Part shown: in pieces, positions 39,190-52,616 of the stretch | How positions within the stretch are numbered: the stretch's first letter is position 1 | How the letters are laid out: the number at the start of each line of letters is the position of its first letter | The notes under the pieces: generated by a model | Seen by the model: only the letters and a program-made list of their open reading frames with translations | What the model was told of the DNA's origin: nothing | The model's database searches: none | Source: Treponemataceae bacterium | GTDB taxonomy: Bacteria > Spirochaetota > Spirochaetia > Treponematales > Rectinemataceae | NCBI GenBank assembly: GCA_963678065.2 | Contig: CAXXVZ010000003.1 | Coordinates: forward strand, 448,001-512,000 | DNA: 64,000 nt | Direction of reading: 5' to 3' | Translations under genes and position numbers: made by a program

Positions 39190-39472
39190 TAGTAAAGACA
39201 AGTGTAAGCGGAGAGCCGAAACATGAGTCTGAGTGTTCATTGAAAGGAACCAGGGAAGGGAAGCAGACCGATGGATCAGTCAGGGATGACAGGATTCATC
39301 GGGGAAAGGCAAAACAAAAGGGCTGGGAGACCGTATGCGAGCGCGTATGGTTGACCGGCAAACGTGCAATGCGAAGAGCGAAGACGAGCGAAGCGTCCAG
39401 GAAGGGCGCGAGCGGAGTGGGGCACAGAAGCATTGCACCCGAAGTGGGAAAGAAAAGAGCGATCAATAATAT

Positions 39473-42441
<2,969 letters not shown>

Positions 42442-42597
42442 ATATTATCGTTCGCTTTTTTCCGTAAGGACACTGGCCATCCGGTCAGGTTTTCTGTCGC
42501 CTTCTTCTGCTTCCCCCGTACCCGCGCTTCGCCTGATCGTCCTGATCGGCGCCGCCTGTACTGCCTCGCTCGATGAGGCCCCTCGTTCGTATATATT

Positions 42598-42710
<113 letters not shown>

Positions 42711-42778
42711 TTTTTTTTTGTTCCCTCTCTCCTGATTCGTTCTTGTTAGCACGCATCAAAAATGTTACACTCCGCCCG

Positions 42779-43801
42779 ATGAATACGCCCGTTTTTTGCT
42801 CCTACATCAGAAGAAAGGATATGGACACTGTCCTTAATTGCCTTGTAACCGATTCGATCGGTCCGGGTGAGTATCTGGAAAAATTTATAAAAGCTGCAAA
42901 AGAAAACATGAGCTTTGAGTATGGCTTCGCCTTGCGAAGCTTGTGGTCGGCTCTTTTTGTCGCGCTCGATACGCTGGGCCTCCAAGAAGGATCGACGATC
43001 GCCATACCGGCTCTTGCCCCTTCATATTACCTGGATGTCCTGAAGACGAAAAAAATGTTGCCGGCATTCCTGGACCATGACAAAATCACCGGAATCGTAG
43101 ATTTCGACGGATTGAACGATCTTTCTCCAAAACCTTCTGCGATGATATTGTACGAAGCGCTCGGTATAATGCCTGATCCCGAGACGGTCATGAACATCGG
43201 CATTCCAGTCATTGAAGACATTTCGACTTCGTTCGGAGCTGTCCGTAATGGTATGCCTGCGGGAAGTATGGGAAAGATTGCAATACTTGGCCTCGAACAC
43301 GGCGGCCTTATAACGACAGGTGGCGGGGCGCTTGTTTTTTCCCACCACAGGCGCGAAGCCCAGGCACTGAGAAACGCTTTTGAGACTATCCCCTCAGAAA
43401 TTGTCATGACGGATTACAACGCCGCATTGGGGTTTTCGCAGTTCAGGGATCTTGAATCCTTAAAAGATAAGCGGAAAGAACTTTTTTCCCTTTTTGCGCA
43501 ATCGCTGGCGGGATCAAAGCATGCGACCTTCATACAGCCGGGTGAAGGCGACCAGGGGCATTGCGCTTTCCCTGTCTCTGTCGTCACAGGACTGAAGGAT
43601 GTGCGTCTTTACGCCAAAAAGAAAGAAATCGAAACAGAGGCCGCATTCGATACGAGCGTCGTCGCATCGTCCGATTTTCCTCATGAGAGCTGCCCGAATG
43701 CGCGATCACTCTTTATGCGCTCAGTGTTGTTTCCTCTTCATCAGAGAATCGGGGCATCCGATGCCGCAAAGATAGCACGGGTCCTTTCCAGTCTTCCCTG
43801 A
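42779..43801 (+). CDS. DegT/DnrJ/EryC1/StrS aminotransferase-fold protein apparently lacking the PLP lysine
   Basis: ALFVALDTLGL...IAIPA, PVIEDISTSFGA, ITTGGGALV, MTDYNAALGFSQ, CPNARSL...FPL. Confidence 0.8.
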   Translation: MNTPVFCSYIRRKDMDTVLNCLVTDSIGPGEYLEKFIKAAKENMSFEYGFALRSLWSALFVALDTLGLQEGSTIAIPALAPSYYLDVLKTKKMLPAFLDHDKITGIVDFDGLNDLSPKPSAMILYEALGIMPDPETVMNIGIPVIEDISTSFGAVRNGMPAGSMGKIAILGLEHGGLITTGGGALVFSHHRREAQALRNAFETIPSEIVMTDYNAALGFSQFRDLESLKDKRKELFSLFAQSLAGSKHATFIQPGEGDQGHCAFPVSVVTGLKDVRLYAKKKEIETEAAFDTSVVASSDFPHESCPNARSLFMRSVLFPLHQRIGASDAAKIARVLSSLP

Positions 43802-43810
43802 GGAGTGTGT

Positions 43811-44668
43811 ATGCTGGAAAAAAAACCGGAAATCCTTATTGTCGCCAACCTCATGAAAGACGACGCGGCCGGTTTTGCGCGGACGATCACCGACGGCATG
43901 CGAGCATACGGATACGAGCCCAAACTTTTTGCCTTTTCGGGTGACCCGGGACAACCCCCGGTAGATGGCGAGGAAGTGCTCGCAGTGAGTCTCGGAGGCG
44001 ATGGTACGGTTTTGTATACAGCAAGAAGTGTCTCGCACCTGGGAGTTCCCATCCTTCCTGTCAATCTCGGGAATCTGGGTTTCATAGCAGGCACACACAA
44101 GGCCGATTGGAATACCGTATTTGAGTCTTGGCATGACAAAACTCTTTCGGTATCCCGCCGTTTGATGATCACAGTGGAAATAGTCCGTCACGGAAAACTT
44201 GAAAGAAGCTACACCGCCCTGAACGATGCTGTTATATCGGCTCAATGTATGGCAAAGATGATAAATCTGACAGTCTCTGTAGGGGGCTCCTACCTTGGCC
44301 AGTACCGGTCGGATGGGCTTATCGTCTCGACCCCGACCGGGTCCACGGCTTACAACCTCGCCGCGGGCGGTCCGGCCGTCCATCCTGAGATGAGTGCCAT
44401 CCTCGTCAATCCGATCTGTCCCTTCACTCTCTCCATCCGGCCTCTCATCGTGCCGGGTGAATCCACGGTAAATGTCCTTGTGGAAGAATCCCGTCGCACG
44501 GGAACGATGCTCACGATCGACGGACAGGAAATTTTCCTTCTCGAAGACGGTGACACTATACGGTGCCGGAAGGCTGAAAAAGATGCGCTGATCTACACTC
44601 CCACAAAAATGGCTTTTTACGACCTTCTCAGGTCGAAGCTGGCCTGGTCGGGAGGAACGCATGCTTGA
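43811..44668 (+). CDS. nadK: NAD kinase
   Basis: SLGGDGT, VNLGNLGF, ALND, DGLIVSTPTGSTAYNLAAGGP, IDGQ. Confidence 0.96.
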   Translation: MLEKKPEILIVANLMKDDAAGFARTITDGMRAYGYEPKLFAFSGDPGQPPVDGEEVLAVSLGGDGTVLYTARSVSHLGVPILPVNLGNLGFIAGTHKADWNTVFESWHDKTLSVSRRLMITVEIVRHGKLERSYTALNDAVISAQCMAKMINLTVSVGGSYLGQYRSDGLIVSTPTGSTAYNLAAGGPAVHPEMSAILVNPICPFTLSIRPLIVPGESTVNVLVEESRRTGTMLTIDGQEIFLLEDGDTIRCRKAEKDALIYTPTKMAFYDLLRSKLAWSGGTHA

Positions 44669-46382
44669 AGAAATCACGGTACGGGACTTTGCCCTCATCG
44701 ACAACATCAGCCTGCAATTCTCCCCGGGCTTCAACATATTGACGGGCGAGACAGGAGCAGGAAAGTCGCTTCTCATCGGCGCTATCTCTTTCCTTCTTGG
44801 AGCAAAATCAGATGCCGCCCTTATTCGCGAGGGTGCCGATGAATGTGTGGTGACAGGATCCTTCGACATTACCGGTACTCCTCCGGCGACAGATTGGCTG
44901 GCGGAGCGCGGCATTGAGGCCGATGAAAGTCGCATCGTCATCAGGAGGGCCTACAAGAGCGGAGGCCGAGGGTTCATCTATATCCAGGGCCAGGCCGTAT
45001 CCCGTTCCGATCTGCTCTCTCTGACCGCCCTCCTCGTCGACATTCATGGCCAACATGAACACCAGAACTTGCTCCTGACCGAGAATCACAGGATTCTCCT
45101 GGACAGGTTCGCCGGGATCGAGGAGAAGTTGGATTCATACGCACAAACGTACCGGCAACTGCATTCACTCAGGGAAGAACGTGAAAAGGCCGAAGCCGAG
45201 ATGCGTCAGCGTCATCTTGAAGCGGATTTTTTGAGGTTTCAAGTACAGGAAATTACGGCGGCCAAGCTCAAGTCGGATGAAAAAGAGGAGCTTGAAACCG
45301 AAGAGAACGTGCTGACCCAGCACGAAAAACTTTTTGCCTCAGTTGAAATGGCCTATGCAGGCCTCTCGTTTTCCGGTGACGGTGCGGCTTCTTCCCTTCG
45401 CAAGGCAAAAACGGCCCTTGAGACGGCCTCGTCGATCGATCCCCGCCTGATGGATCAGGCAAAAAGACTTGCCGATGCCTTTTACGAAGTGGACGATCTC
45501 GCAGACAGCATACGTTCATATCGGGATTCCCTGTCCTTTGATCCACTCAGGCTGGAATGGATCGAAACCCGCCTTGCGGAAATCCACCGTCTGGAGAAAA
45601 AATATGCCGCTTCTGTTCCGGAGATACTCGAACGGGCTGAAAATAACAAAACAAAACTGATCGCCTCGGAAAACTGGGAAGAAGACAGAGCAAAGATGGA
45701 CGCGCAAATCGAGACGCTCCAGGAAGAACTCGCATCGCGCGGCATGGAGATCTCAATCGCGCGGACGAAGGCTTCGAGCCATCTCGCTGCCGCGATAGAG
45801 TCCATCCTGCGAACCATGGGAATGCCGAATACAGGATTCCTCGTTTCAGTGACGCCCCGGCGCAACGAAAGTGGCAATGCAGTTTTCGGACCCAATGGTT
45901 GCGACGAGGTGGAATTCCTCATTTCTCCCAACCCCGGTTCTCCGACGCGCCCTCTCGCCCGCATAGCTTCCGGCGGAGAACTGTCACGCGTGGCCTTGGC
46001 CGTCAAAACTGTCCTTTCTGGTCTCGACAACGTGGAGACACTTATTTTCGACGAGATCGACACGGGTATCGGCGGCGAAGCTGCGGCCTCGGTCGGAAGG
46101 CATCTTCGGGAATTGGGAAAAACCCGTCAGGTACTTTGCATCACACACCTGGCGTCGATAGCTTCCATGGCATCAAGTCATTTCAGGGTCGAGAAGGAAG
46201 TCTCAGGAGCTTCAACATTGACGCGGATCGCATACCTGGCAGGGAAGGAGAGGACCGCCGAGATAGCCCGCATGCTCGCCGGAGATCAGGAGGGAGAGAC
46301 CTCGCTCGCCCATGCGGCGGAACTGCTGAGAAAAAACAGTCTGACAGCCTCTTCCCCTGTCACAGGCAGAAGCCACGGATAG
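44661..46382 (+). CDS. recN: DNA repair protein RecN
   Basis: LTGETGAGKS, DIHGQHEHQ, coiled coil, IASGGELSR, IFDEIDTGIGG, CITHL. Confidence 0.98.
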   Translation: MLEEITVRDFALIDNISLQFSPGFNILTGETGAGKSLLIGAISFLLGAKSDAALIREGADECVVTGSFDITGTPPATDWLAERGIEADESRIVIRRAYKSGGRGFIYIQGQAVSRSDLLSLTALLVDIHGQHEHQNLLLTENHRILLDRFAGIEEKLDSYAQTYRQLHSLREEREKAEAEMRQRHLEADFLRFQVQEITAAKLKSDEKEELETEENVLTQHEKLFASVEMAYAGLSFSGDGAASSLRKAKTALETASSIDPRLMDQAKRLADAFYEVDDLADSIRSYRDSLSFDPLRLEWIETRLAEIHRLEKKYAASVPEILERAENNKTKLIASENWEEDRAKMDAQIETLQEELASRGMEISIARTKASSHLAAAIESILRTMGMPNTGFLVSVTPRRNESGNAVFGPNGCDEVEFLISPNPGSPTRPLARIASGGELSRVALAVKTVLSGLDNVETLIFDEIDTGIGGEAAASVGRHLRELGKTRQVLCITHLASIASMASSHFRVEKEVSGASTLTRIAYLAGKERTAEIARMLAGDQEGETSLAHAAELLRKNSLTASSPVTGRSHG

Positions 46383-46393
46383 GACCGGGCCTT

Positions 46394-46810
46394 TTAGCAT
46401 CCATCCCGCGCTGAGCCACTCAAGCCGTGCAGGGCATCGTGAGGGAACAGCAATCCGAGCGTCGTGAAGACGCGGTTCTGGGCTGAGGGGCCGAACTGCA
46501 CGCGGGCCGAGCCCTCCCCGAATTCGGTGAGCACCTGACGGCAAGCGCCACAGGGACTTACGGGCACGGCGGAATCCGGCGTAGCGACGGCTACCGCGAT
46601 AATTCTTCGATGTCCTTTGTGCACCGCCTGGCCCACTGCGTTCCGCTCCGCGCAGATTGTGAGTCCGAAAGAGCGATTCTCGATATTTGTCCCTGTAAAA
46701 ACGCTCCCGTCCTCGCATTCAATCGCGGCTCCGACTCTGAAACGCGAATAGGGCGAATATGAGGTTTGTGCTGCCTGCATAGCCAGAGCATAGAGGCTAT
46801 CCTGATCCAC
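46394..46810 (-). CDS. cdd: Cytidine deaminase (homotetrameric type)
   Basis: YSPYSRFRVGAA, NIEN, ICAER, SPCGACRQ; GTG start. Confidence 0.96.
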   Translation of the reverse strand: MDQDSLYALAMQAAQTSYSPYSRFRVGAAIECEDGSVFTGTNIENRSFGLTICAERNAVGQAVHKGHRRIIAVAVATPDSAVPVSPCGACRQVLTEFGEGSARVQFGPSAQNRVFTTLGLLFPHDALHGLSGSARDGC

Positions 46811-46915
46811 GTTTTCTCCCGATGCTGTTCATTGACAGCGATGTCCCTACTATATACGATATTTTGTCCGGATGCCACAGCATGCCCGGATGATCGTCTT
46901 GAGAGAGTGGGAACA

Positions 46916-48019
46916 ATGGAGTCTGCAAAAAAGAAACGATATCTTTTCGCCGCTCCCGCTGTTCTCGTCCTTTATCTTCTCATTGCCGCTGAGCCGATAC
47001 GGCGTGAACTCGTTCTGTCGCCCGCCTGGCTTTACGAAATCGCTCCGGAGCCCGCGGAAACGGGGCGATATGTGACGGGGAGCCCGCGCTCATCCGAATC
47101 TGTGGCTTTCATCCGCAAGGCAGTTCCATTCCTGAATGCTGAACGCTTCGGGTATCTCACGCCGGAAGGTAGACTTGTCGGAGCGGGGAGGAGAGGATAC
47201 GGGGTCGCCCTATCCTCATACGGATTCGCCCAGTACGACAAACACTCGCTTGGCTTCACTGTCGTCGATCCTTCGGGGAAGGTTTCGGCATCGCTTGGTC
47301 TCGCGGGATTTCCTTTTTTTTCGGGCGCGCGGTGTTTCCTGATGCGACCGGACCAGTCGGGGATTCTGGAATTCGATGTGCGGGGAAAAACTGTATGGGA
47401 AAAGGAATTTCCATCCATCATCACCTGTTTTGCGGCGACGAAATCGGTAGTCCTCGCAGGCCTTCTTGATGGCCGAGTCCTGGCGATCGGCAATGACGGC
47501 CAGGTAGTACTGGAACATTTTCCGGGAGGGTCGCGCATTCCGGCCGTATACGGTGTCGCCCTTTCCAAAGATGGAGCGAGAATCGCCGTCATTTCCGGCC
47601 TGGACAGACAGACGGTGAGTATCCTCGAAAAGCGGCAGGACGGTTATCAGGAAATACGACGGCTGCCTCTGAATCTCGAGCTCCGCAGACAGATTCCCTG
47701 CGCCTTTCTCGACGAGGGCAGAACTCTCGTCTTTGAAAGGGCAGGCGGTATCGCCGTGCTCGATATCGAGGCCGGAAACCTGGATTTCAGGCCTTCAGAC
47801 GCCATGTCCTCTGCCTTCGAGCTGCCATCCTCGGCAAACGGAGCCTTCTTTCTGAGCAGCGGGAGCGGAAACTCAAGACTCATCGGTTTCGGGGCCCGTG
47901 GACGGGCGCTCGCTGACATCACTTTCGCGTATGAGGATTCCTGGCTTCACGCCGAAACATCTTCGTTGTACCTGACGACCGCATCGTCCGTCATGCGACT
48001 GGATCTGGAAGCACGATGA
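46916..48019 (+). CDS. Membrane-anchored beta-propeller-like protein
   Basis: N-terminal TM anchor; repeated beta-blade patterns (GKTVWEKEF, GLLDG, PGGSRIPAVYGVALS). Confidence 0.65.
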   Translation: MESAKKKRYLFAAPAVLVLYLLIAAEPIRRELVLSPAWLYEIAPEPAETGRYVTGSPRSSESVAFIRKAVPFLNAERFGYLTPEGRLVGAGRRGYGVALSSYGFAQYDKHSLGFTVVDPSGKVSASLGLAGFPFFSGARCFLMRPDQSGILEFDVRGKTVWEKEFPSIITCFAATKSVVLAGLLDGRVLAIGNDGQVVLEHFPGGSRIPAVYGVALSKDGARIAVISGLDRQTVSILEKRQDGYQEIRRLPLNLELRRQIPCAFLDEGRTLVFERAGGIAVLDIEAGNLDFRPSDAMSSAFELPSSANGAFFLSSGSGNSRLIGFGARGRALADITFAYEDSWLHAETSSLYLTTASSVMRLDLEAR

Positions 48020-48897
48020 AAAGCCCGCACCGTATGGAATGGCTGGCACTTCTTGCCGCTGTCTCGCTCTGCGCTTCCGCGCAGGCATTCGACTGGCCGC
48101 TCTCTCGGTCGCGGATCGAATCCACATTCGGCTCTCCTCTGGAAGGGTATTTTTTGCCCGGAATCGTCCTCTCCTCCCCGACTGCTTCCGTCTCTGTCAT
48201 CGGAAAAGGTGAAAAAAAATTTTACCAGGCGGACGGCATGCGATCCAGTTCCATGCCTACCGCCTTGGGAACTATGGTCGCCATGACCCACACCGAGGGC
48301 ATGGAATCGATTTACGCCAATCTCGAAAGGCTTTCCGACAATCTTGCCGAGAGGGAGATCTCGGCAAAATCGATGGTTGGGACCGTAGGTCAGAGTGGAT
48401 GGGCAGCCGCGAGTGGACTGTTCCTTGGGATTTTCGACACAAAAACCGCCCATTGGGTGAACCCCTTGCTCATACTTCCGGCACGCAGTGGCGGAGTCGC
48501 TCCTGCCATCCTCTCTGTGGCTCTGATCAACGCAGGCGGCGAAACCATTCTTGGAAATACTACAGGAATCCCGCAAGGATCATACACTGTCTCTTCGGGC
48601 ATCCGCGACCTTTCAGGCAGCCAGGAACTGTTCGAGCAAAGCGCTCCCTATGAAATCCAGTTGACGGTCGATGGCAAGGATGTGGCCAGAAAAGTATTCG
48701 ATCTGTTGTGGTGGAAGGATGGCCGACGGGAACTTTTTGCCACGGGAACGCTGTCCAGAGCGGAGGTTCTGGACAAAAACGGACGATACAGACTCGCCGA
48801 TGTCTTTCTTCCTCGTGGAAAAACGACAATCGGGATTATCGTGATGGACGCTGCTGGCCACCGGAGAAAAGCCGAATGGACGGTCAATGTCAGATAG
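48016..48897 (+). CDS. Exported M23/LytM-fold protein with degenerate zinc site
   Basis: Signal peptide AQA-F; FDWPL, STFG, THTEGMESIYANL, VGTVGQSGW, WVNPLLILP. Confidence 0.75.
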   Translation: MKSPHRMEWLALLAAVSLCASAQAFDWPLSRSRIESTFGSPLEGYFLPGIVLSSPTASVSVIGKGEKKFYQADGMRSSSMPTALGTMVAMTHTEGMESIYANLERLSDNLAEREISAKSMVGTVGQSGWAAASGLFLGIFDTKTAHWVNPLLILPARSGGVAPAILSVALINAGGETILGNTTGIPQGSYTVSSGIRDLSGSQELFEQSAPYEIQLTVDGKDVARKVFDLLWWKDGRRELFATGTLSRAEVLDKNGRYRLADVFLPRGKTTIGIIVMDAAGHRRKAEWTVNVR

Positions 48898-49045
48898 ACA
48901 GCCTGCGTCCATGCGAAAGCTGCCTGAAATGCTGCAAGCGGACGAAGCCCAACGAAGTCGGCGGCGTGGTCCGACGCGAGGGTGTCGATGGGTCAGGGGA
49001 TAAAGTCGACTTCGAGATCGCATCTCTCTTTTTCTGGAGGTGGCT

Positions 49046-49786
49046 GTGGACGAATCGAAATTTCAGGGCCTGAGCTCGCCGGAGACTTTCAGGATACGCT
49101 ATTCCGGCATCCTTGAAAAAATTTCCGAAGCCGCGGCGAAGTCTTTGCGAGGGCCCTCCGAAATTGAAGTTATGGCTGTCACGAAATTTCATCCGCTCGC
49201 TTCGATCCTTGTCGCCTATGAGGCCGGAATACGGCGTTTTGGTGAAAGCCGCGTTCAGGAGGCTCAAGAGAAGGCTGCAGGATTCAGGGAGCACTGTCTG
49301 GACGCCAGCCTCGAGATGATCGGCCATGTCCAGTCCAACAAAGCAAAGAAGGCTGTCGCGCTTTTCGACTGCATTCAGTCGGTGGATTCGCTGGACCTGC
49401 TCGTCGAGCTGGAGAAGGGAGCAATTTCGGCGGGAAAGTCTCTCGGTGTTCTTTTTGAACTGCACACCGCTGAGGATTCCAAATCAGGATTCCGGGATCG
49501 GGACGCCCTCTTCAGGGCATGCGAATTCATGTCTCATCCTGAAAGGAAGGTAGCTCTCATTCCATTCGGCCTCATGACGATAGCCCCGTTCACTCGGGAA
49601 GAGAGAACTGTCCATTCGGCTTTTGCCTCCTGCCGGGAAGCTTTCCTGGACATCAAGTCGCAATTCGGGTTCCCCTCATTCACGACACTCTCGATGGGCA
49701 TGTCTGAGGATTACATCGCAGCCGTCGAAGAGGGTTCGACCCTCGTGAGGATCGGGACGGCTCTTTTCGGAGCGAGGACAGCATGA
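49046..49786 (+). CDS. yggS: PLP homeostasis protein YggS
   Basis: MAVTKFH, FGESRVQE, IGHVQSNK, GLMTI, LSMGMSEDY...GSTLVRIGTALFG; GTG start behind GGAGG. Confidence 0.95.
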   Translation: MDESKFQGLSSPETFRIRYSGILEKISEAAAKSLRGPSEIEVMAVTKFHPLASILVAYEAGIRRFGESRVQEAQEKAAGFREHCLDASLEMIGHVQSNKAKKAVALFDCIQSVDSLDLLVELEKGAISAGKSLGVLFELHTAEDSKSGFRDRDALFRACEFMSHPERKVALIPFGLMTIAPFTREERTVHSAFASCREAFLDIKSQFGFPSFTTLSMGMSEDYIAAVEEGSTLVRIGTALFGARTA

Positions 49787-50373
49787 ATCCGCGCCGTGCG
49801 CTCTCGCTCTGTATGCTCTTTGCGGTCTCTGCGGCAATTTCTGGAGCCCTGGGCATTGATGGCAGGATCTCGTTCCCCTCGACCTCGGAAAATCAGGCCT
49901 TTCGAGTGTACACCCTCAGTTCTTCGCCCACTTCTGCCGTGGCTTCGACGCGCGGGGGGTCAGCCGGAACAGCCTCGGCGCAGGCGAAGCCTGCCTATGC
50001 AGGCAGCGTCGCTAAGCTGGCCATTTCTCCATCGGCCCTCCCGGCAGGCTACCCGAAACCAGCATCCCTGGCCCGACGGGCCCTCAGATTCGAAATAATA
50101 GCGGTGGGTGCGTTCCCCATCATGCTGTTTTACACTGATATCGGCTTCGGCATCGGACGGTACATCGGCAGTGGATTCGATTCCCGCTATGCACCCTGGC
50201 CATTCATCGATTCCTCATCCATACTTCCGGACGATTCGGAACGCCTTCTCCGGATCGGCGTCGCAGTTGGAATCTCCTGCGCGATCGCCGTGTTCGATCT
50301 CGTCTCCTCACTCCGGGCGGAGGCGGCGGCCCGTGCATCGGCCGAACTTGACAGTGTGTCGATACCCAAATAG
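49783..50373 (+). CDS. Hypothetical membrane protein
   Basis: ATGA overlap with yggS; signal-like N-terminus, S/A-rich linker, two hydrophobic segments. Confidence 0.65.
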   Translation: MNPRRALSLCMLFAVSAAISGALGIDGRISFPSTSENQAFRVYTLSSSPTSAVASTRGGSAGTASAQAKPAYAGSVAKLAISPSALPAGYPKPASLARRALRFEIIAVGAFPIMLFYTDIGFGIGRYIGSGFDSRYAPWPFIDSSSILPDDSERLLRIGVAVGISCAIAVFDLVSSLRAEAAARASAELDSVSIPK

Positions 50374-50406
50374 TATGGGGTACATTTCATCCCATTCGAG
50401 GAATAC

Positions 50407-50946
50407 ATGTCAGAGACTGAAGGTTTTAACCTCGACGATGCCATCCGAAAGGTTCCCGATTTCCCCAAACCCGGAATCCTTTTTTACGACATAACAAGTG
50501 TCCTCACCAACCCCGACGCCTTCCGCTATTGCATCCGGACCATGGAAAAGCTGTACAGGGACAGAGAGATCGATGCCGTCGCGGCGATCGAATCGAGGGG
50601 CTTCATCTTCGCGGCCCCCTTCTGCGACCGGCTCGGGATTCCTTTGATCCTCGTGCGCAAGAAAGGCAAGCTTCCCGGAAAGACGATATCCTGCAAGTAT
50701 GATCTCGAGTATGGCCAGGCGGAGATAGAGATGCACGAGGCCGACGTTCCCGTCGACGCGAATATCCTCATCGTCGACGACCTTATAGCCACGGGCGGCA
50801 CGGTCGTGGCGGCCGCGGAACTCATCAGATCTGCCGGATCGAGGGTTGCGGGAGTCTTTGCGGCCATAGGACTCCCTTTCCTCGACTACCAGGGAAAACT
50901 GGGAGATATCAAGGTAGACACCCTCATCGAATACTTCGGCGAATAA
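50407..50946 (+). CDS. apt: Adenine phosphoribosyltransferase
   Basis: PDFPKPGILFYDIT, IESRGF, VRKKGKLPG, LEYG, VDDLIATGGT. Confidence 0.98.
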   Translation: MSETEGFNLDDAIRKVPDFPKPGILFYDITSVLTNPDAFRYCIRTMEKLYRDREIDAVAAIESRGFIFAAPFCDRLGIPLILVRKKGKLPGKTISCKYDLEYGQAEIEMHEADVPVDANILIVDDLIATGGTVVAAAELIRSAGSRVAGVFAAIGLPFLDYQGKLGDIKVDTLIEYFGE

Positions 50947-50955
50947 GGAACCAAC

Positions 50956-52611
50956 ATGGCGCGCAGACTTGATAGAAACCCCTCATGGAAGGGCAGAAGG
51001 GGGCCGGTCCTCCTCGTGATAATGGACGGCGTAGGCTATGGCCAGTATAAAGAAGGCGACGCTGTCAACTCCGCCGACATGCGCGCCTTGCGCGCGCTCG
51101 AGGCATCTTCTCCCCACACGAAACTGAAGGCCCACGGCAAGGCCGTCGGCCTTCCATCCGATGAGGACATGGGCAACTCCGAGGTCGGACACAACGCCAT
51201 GGGATGCGGCCGCGTTTTTGCCCAGGGGGCCAAGCTCATCACCCAGGCTATCGCCTCGGGCAGCATCTTCGAAGGCGCGGTATGGAAAAAGTTGGTCGCC
51301 AATGTCCGCAAGAACGAGGGCGCCATGCACTTTATTGGACTCTTCTCGGATGGCAACGTCCATTCCCACATCGACCACCTCAAGGCCATGCTCTCGCGCG
51401 CGGCCTCCGAAGGAGTGCGGAAGGCGCGGATACACATACTCCTCGATGGCCGGGATGTCGGGGAACAGAGCGCGCTCGAGTACATTCTTCCCTTCGAAGA
51501 CTTTCTGGCAGGAATCAATGCGGGCGGAAATGATTACCGCATCGCTTCCGGAGGGGGAAGGCAGTTCATAACCATGGATCGCTATGGCGCGAACTGGGAC
51601 ATGGTCCGCCGCGGCTGGGAATGCCACGTCCACGGAGTCGGGAGAGCCTTCCCGAGCGCGGCCGAAGCCGTCAGAACCTACCGCGCGGAGATGCCTGCCA
51701 TCATCGACCAGGATATCGGCGAATTTGTCGTCGTTGAAAATGGCAGACCCGTCGGGACCATCGAGGATGGCGACTCCGTCGTCTACTTCAACTTCCGCGG
51801 AGACCGCGCCCTGGAAATGACCGCGGCTTTCGAGAAAGACGATTTTGATAAGTTCGACCGTGGTCGACGCCCGCGAGTCGAATACGCCGGCATGATGGAG
51901 TATGACGGCGACCTGCACGTGCCCGCTCAGTACCTCGTCGAACCGCCCTCCATCGAGTCAACGATGGGCGAATACTTAGCTCTCTCCGGCATCCGGACCC
52001 TCGCGATCTCCGAAACCCAGAAGTACGGTCACGTGACCTACTTCTTCAACGGCAACCGTACGGGGAAATTCTCCGAATCTCTCGAGGACTACGTAGAGAT
52101 CACAAGCGATGTCCTTCCTTTCGAGCAGCGTCCCTGGATGAAGTGCGCCGAGATTACCGACCGCGTCCTCGAGGCTATAGCCTCGGGAAAGTATGATTTC
52201 ATCCGTCTCAACTTTCCCAACGGCGACATGGTGGGACACACGGGCGTTTATCAGGCCGTCGTCTGCGGACTGGAGGCAATGGACCTCCAGATCGCCCGTC
52301 TGAGACTCGCCATCGAGAAGGCGGGCGGCATCATGATTGTAACGGCCGATCACGGCAATTCCGACGACATGTTCGAGCACGACAAGAAGACGGGCGCCGT
52401 GCAGAGGAAACCCGACGGGACCCCAAAGGCAAAAACCAGCCATTCGCTCAATCCTGTCCCCTGCATAGTCTACGATCCGGACGGGAAGGGTGAATACGAG
52501 GCGGCTTTGAGGGAGGGGCTCGGCATTTCCTCAATCGCTGCAACCTGTATCGGACTGCTCGGGTTCAATCCGCCGGAGGACTACGATCCTCCCGTCATGG
52601 TACTGAAATAG
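50956..52611 (+). CDS. gpmI: 2,3-bisphosphoglycerate-independent phosphoglycerate mutase
   Basis: IMDGVG, MGNSEVGH, DGRDV, FNFRGDR, SETQKYGHVTYFFNG, NGDMVGHTG, TADHGN. Confidence 0.98.
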   Translation: MARRLDRNPSWKGRRGPVLLVIMDGVGYGQYKEGDAVNSADMRALRALEASSPHTKLKAHGKAVGLPSDEDMGNSEVGHNAMGCGRVFAQGAKLITQAIASGSIFEGAVWKKLVANVRKNEGAMHFIGLFSDGNVHSHIDHLKAMLSRAASEGVRKARIHILLDGRDVGEQSALEYILPFEDFLAGINAGGNDYRIASGGGRQFITMDRYGANWDMVRRGWECHVHGVGRAFPSAAEAVRTYRAEMPAIIDQDIGEFVVVENGRPVGTIEDGDSVVYFNFRGDRALEMTAAFEKDDFDKFDRGRRPRVEYAGMMEYDGDLHVPAQYLVEPPSIESTMGEYLALSGIRTLAISETQKYGHVTYFFNGNRTGKFSESLEDYVEITSDVLPFEQRPWMKCAEITDRVLEAIASGKYDFIRLNFPNGDMVGHTGVYQAVVCGLEAMDLQIARLRLAIEKAGGIMIVTADHGNSDDMFEHDKKTGAVQRKPDGTPKAKTSHSLNPVPCIVYDPDGKGEYEAALREGLGISSIAATCIGLLGFNPPEDYDPPVMVLK

Positions 52612-52616
52612 TCGAT

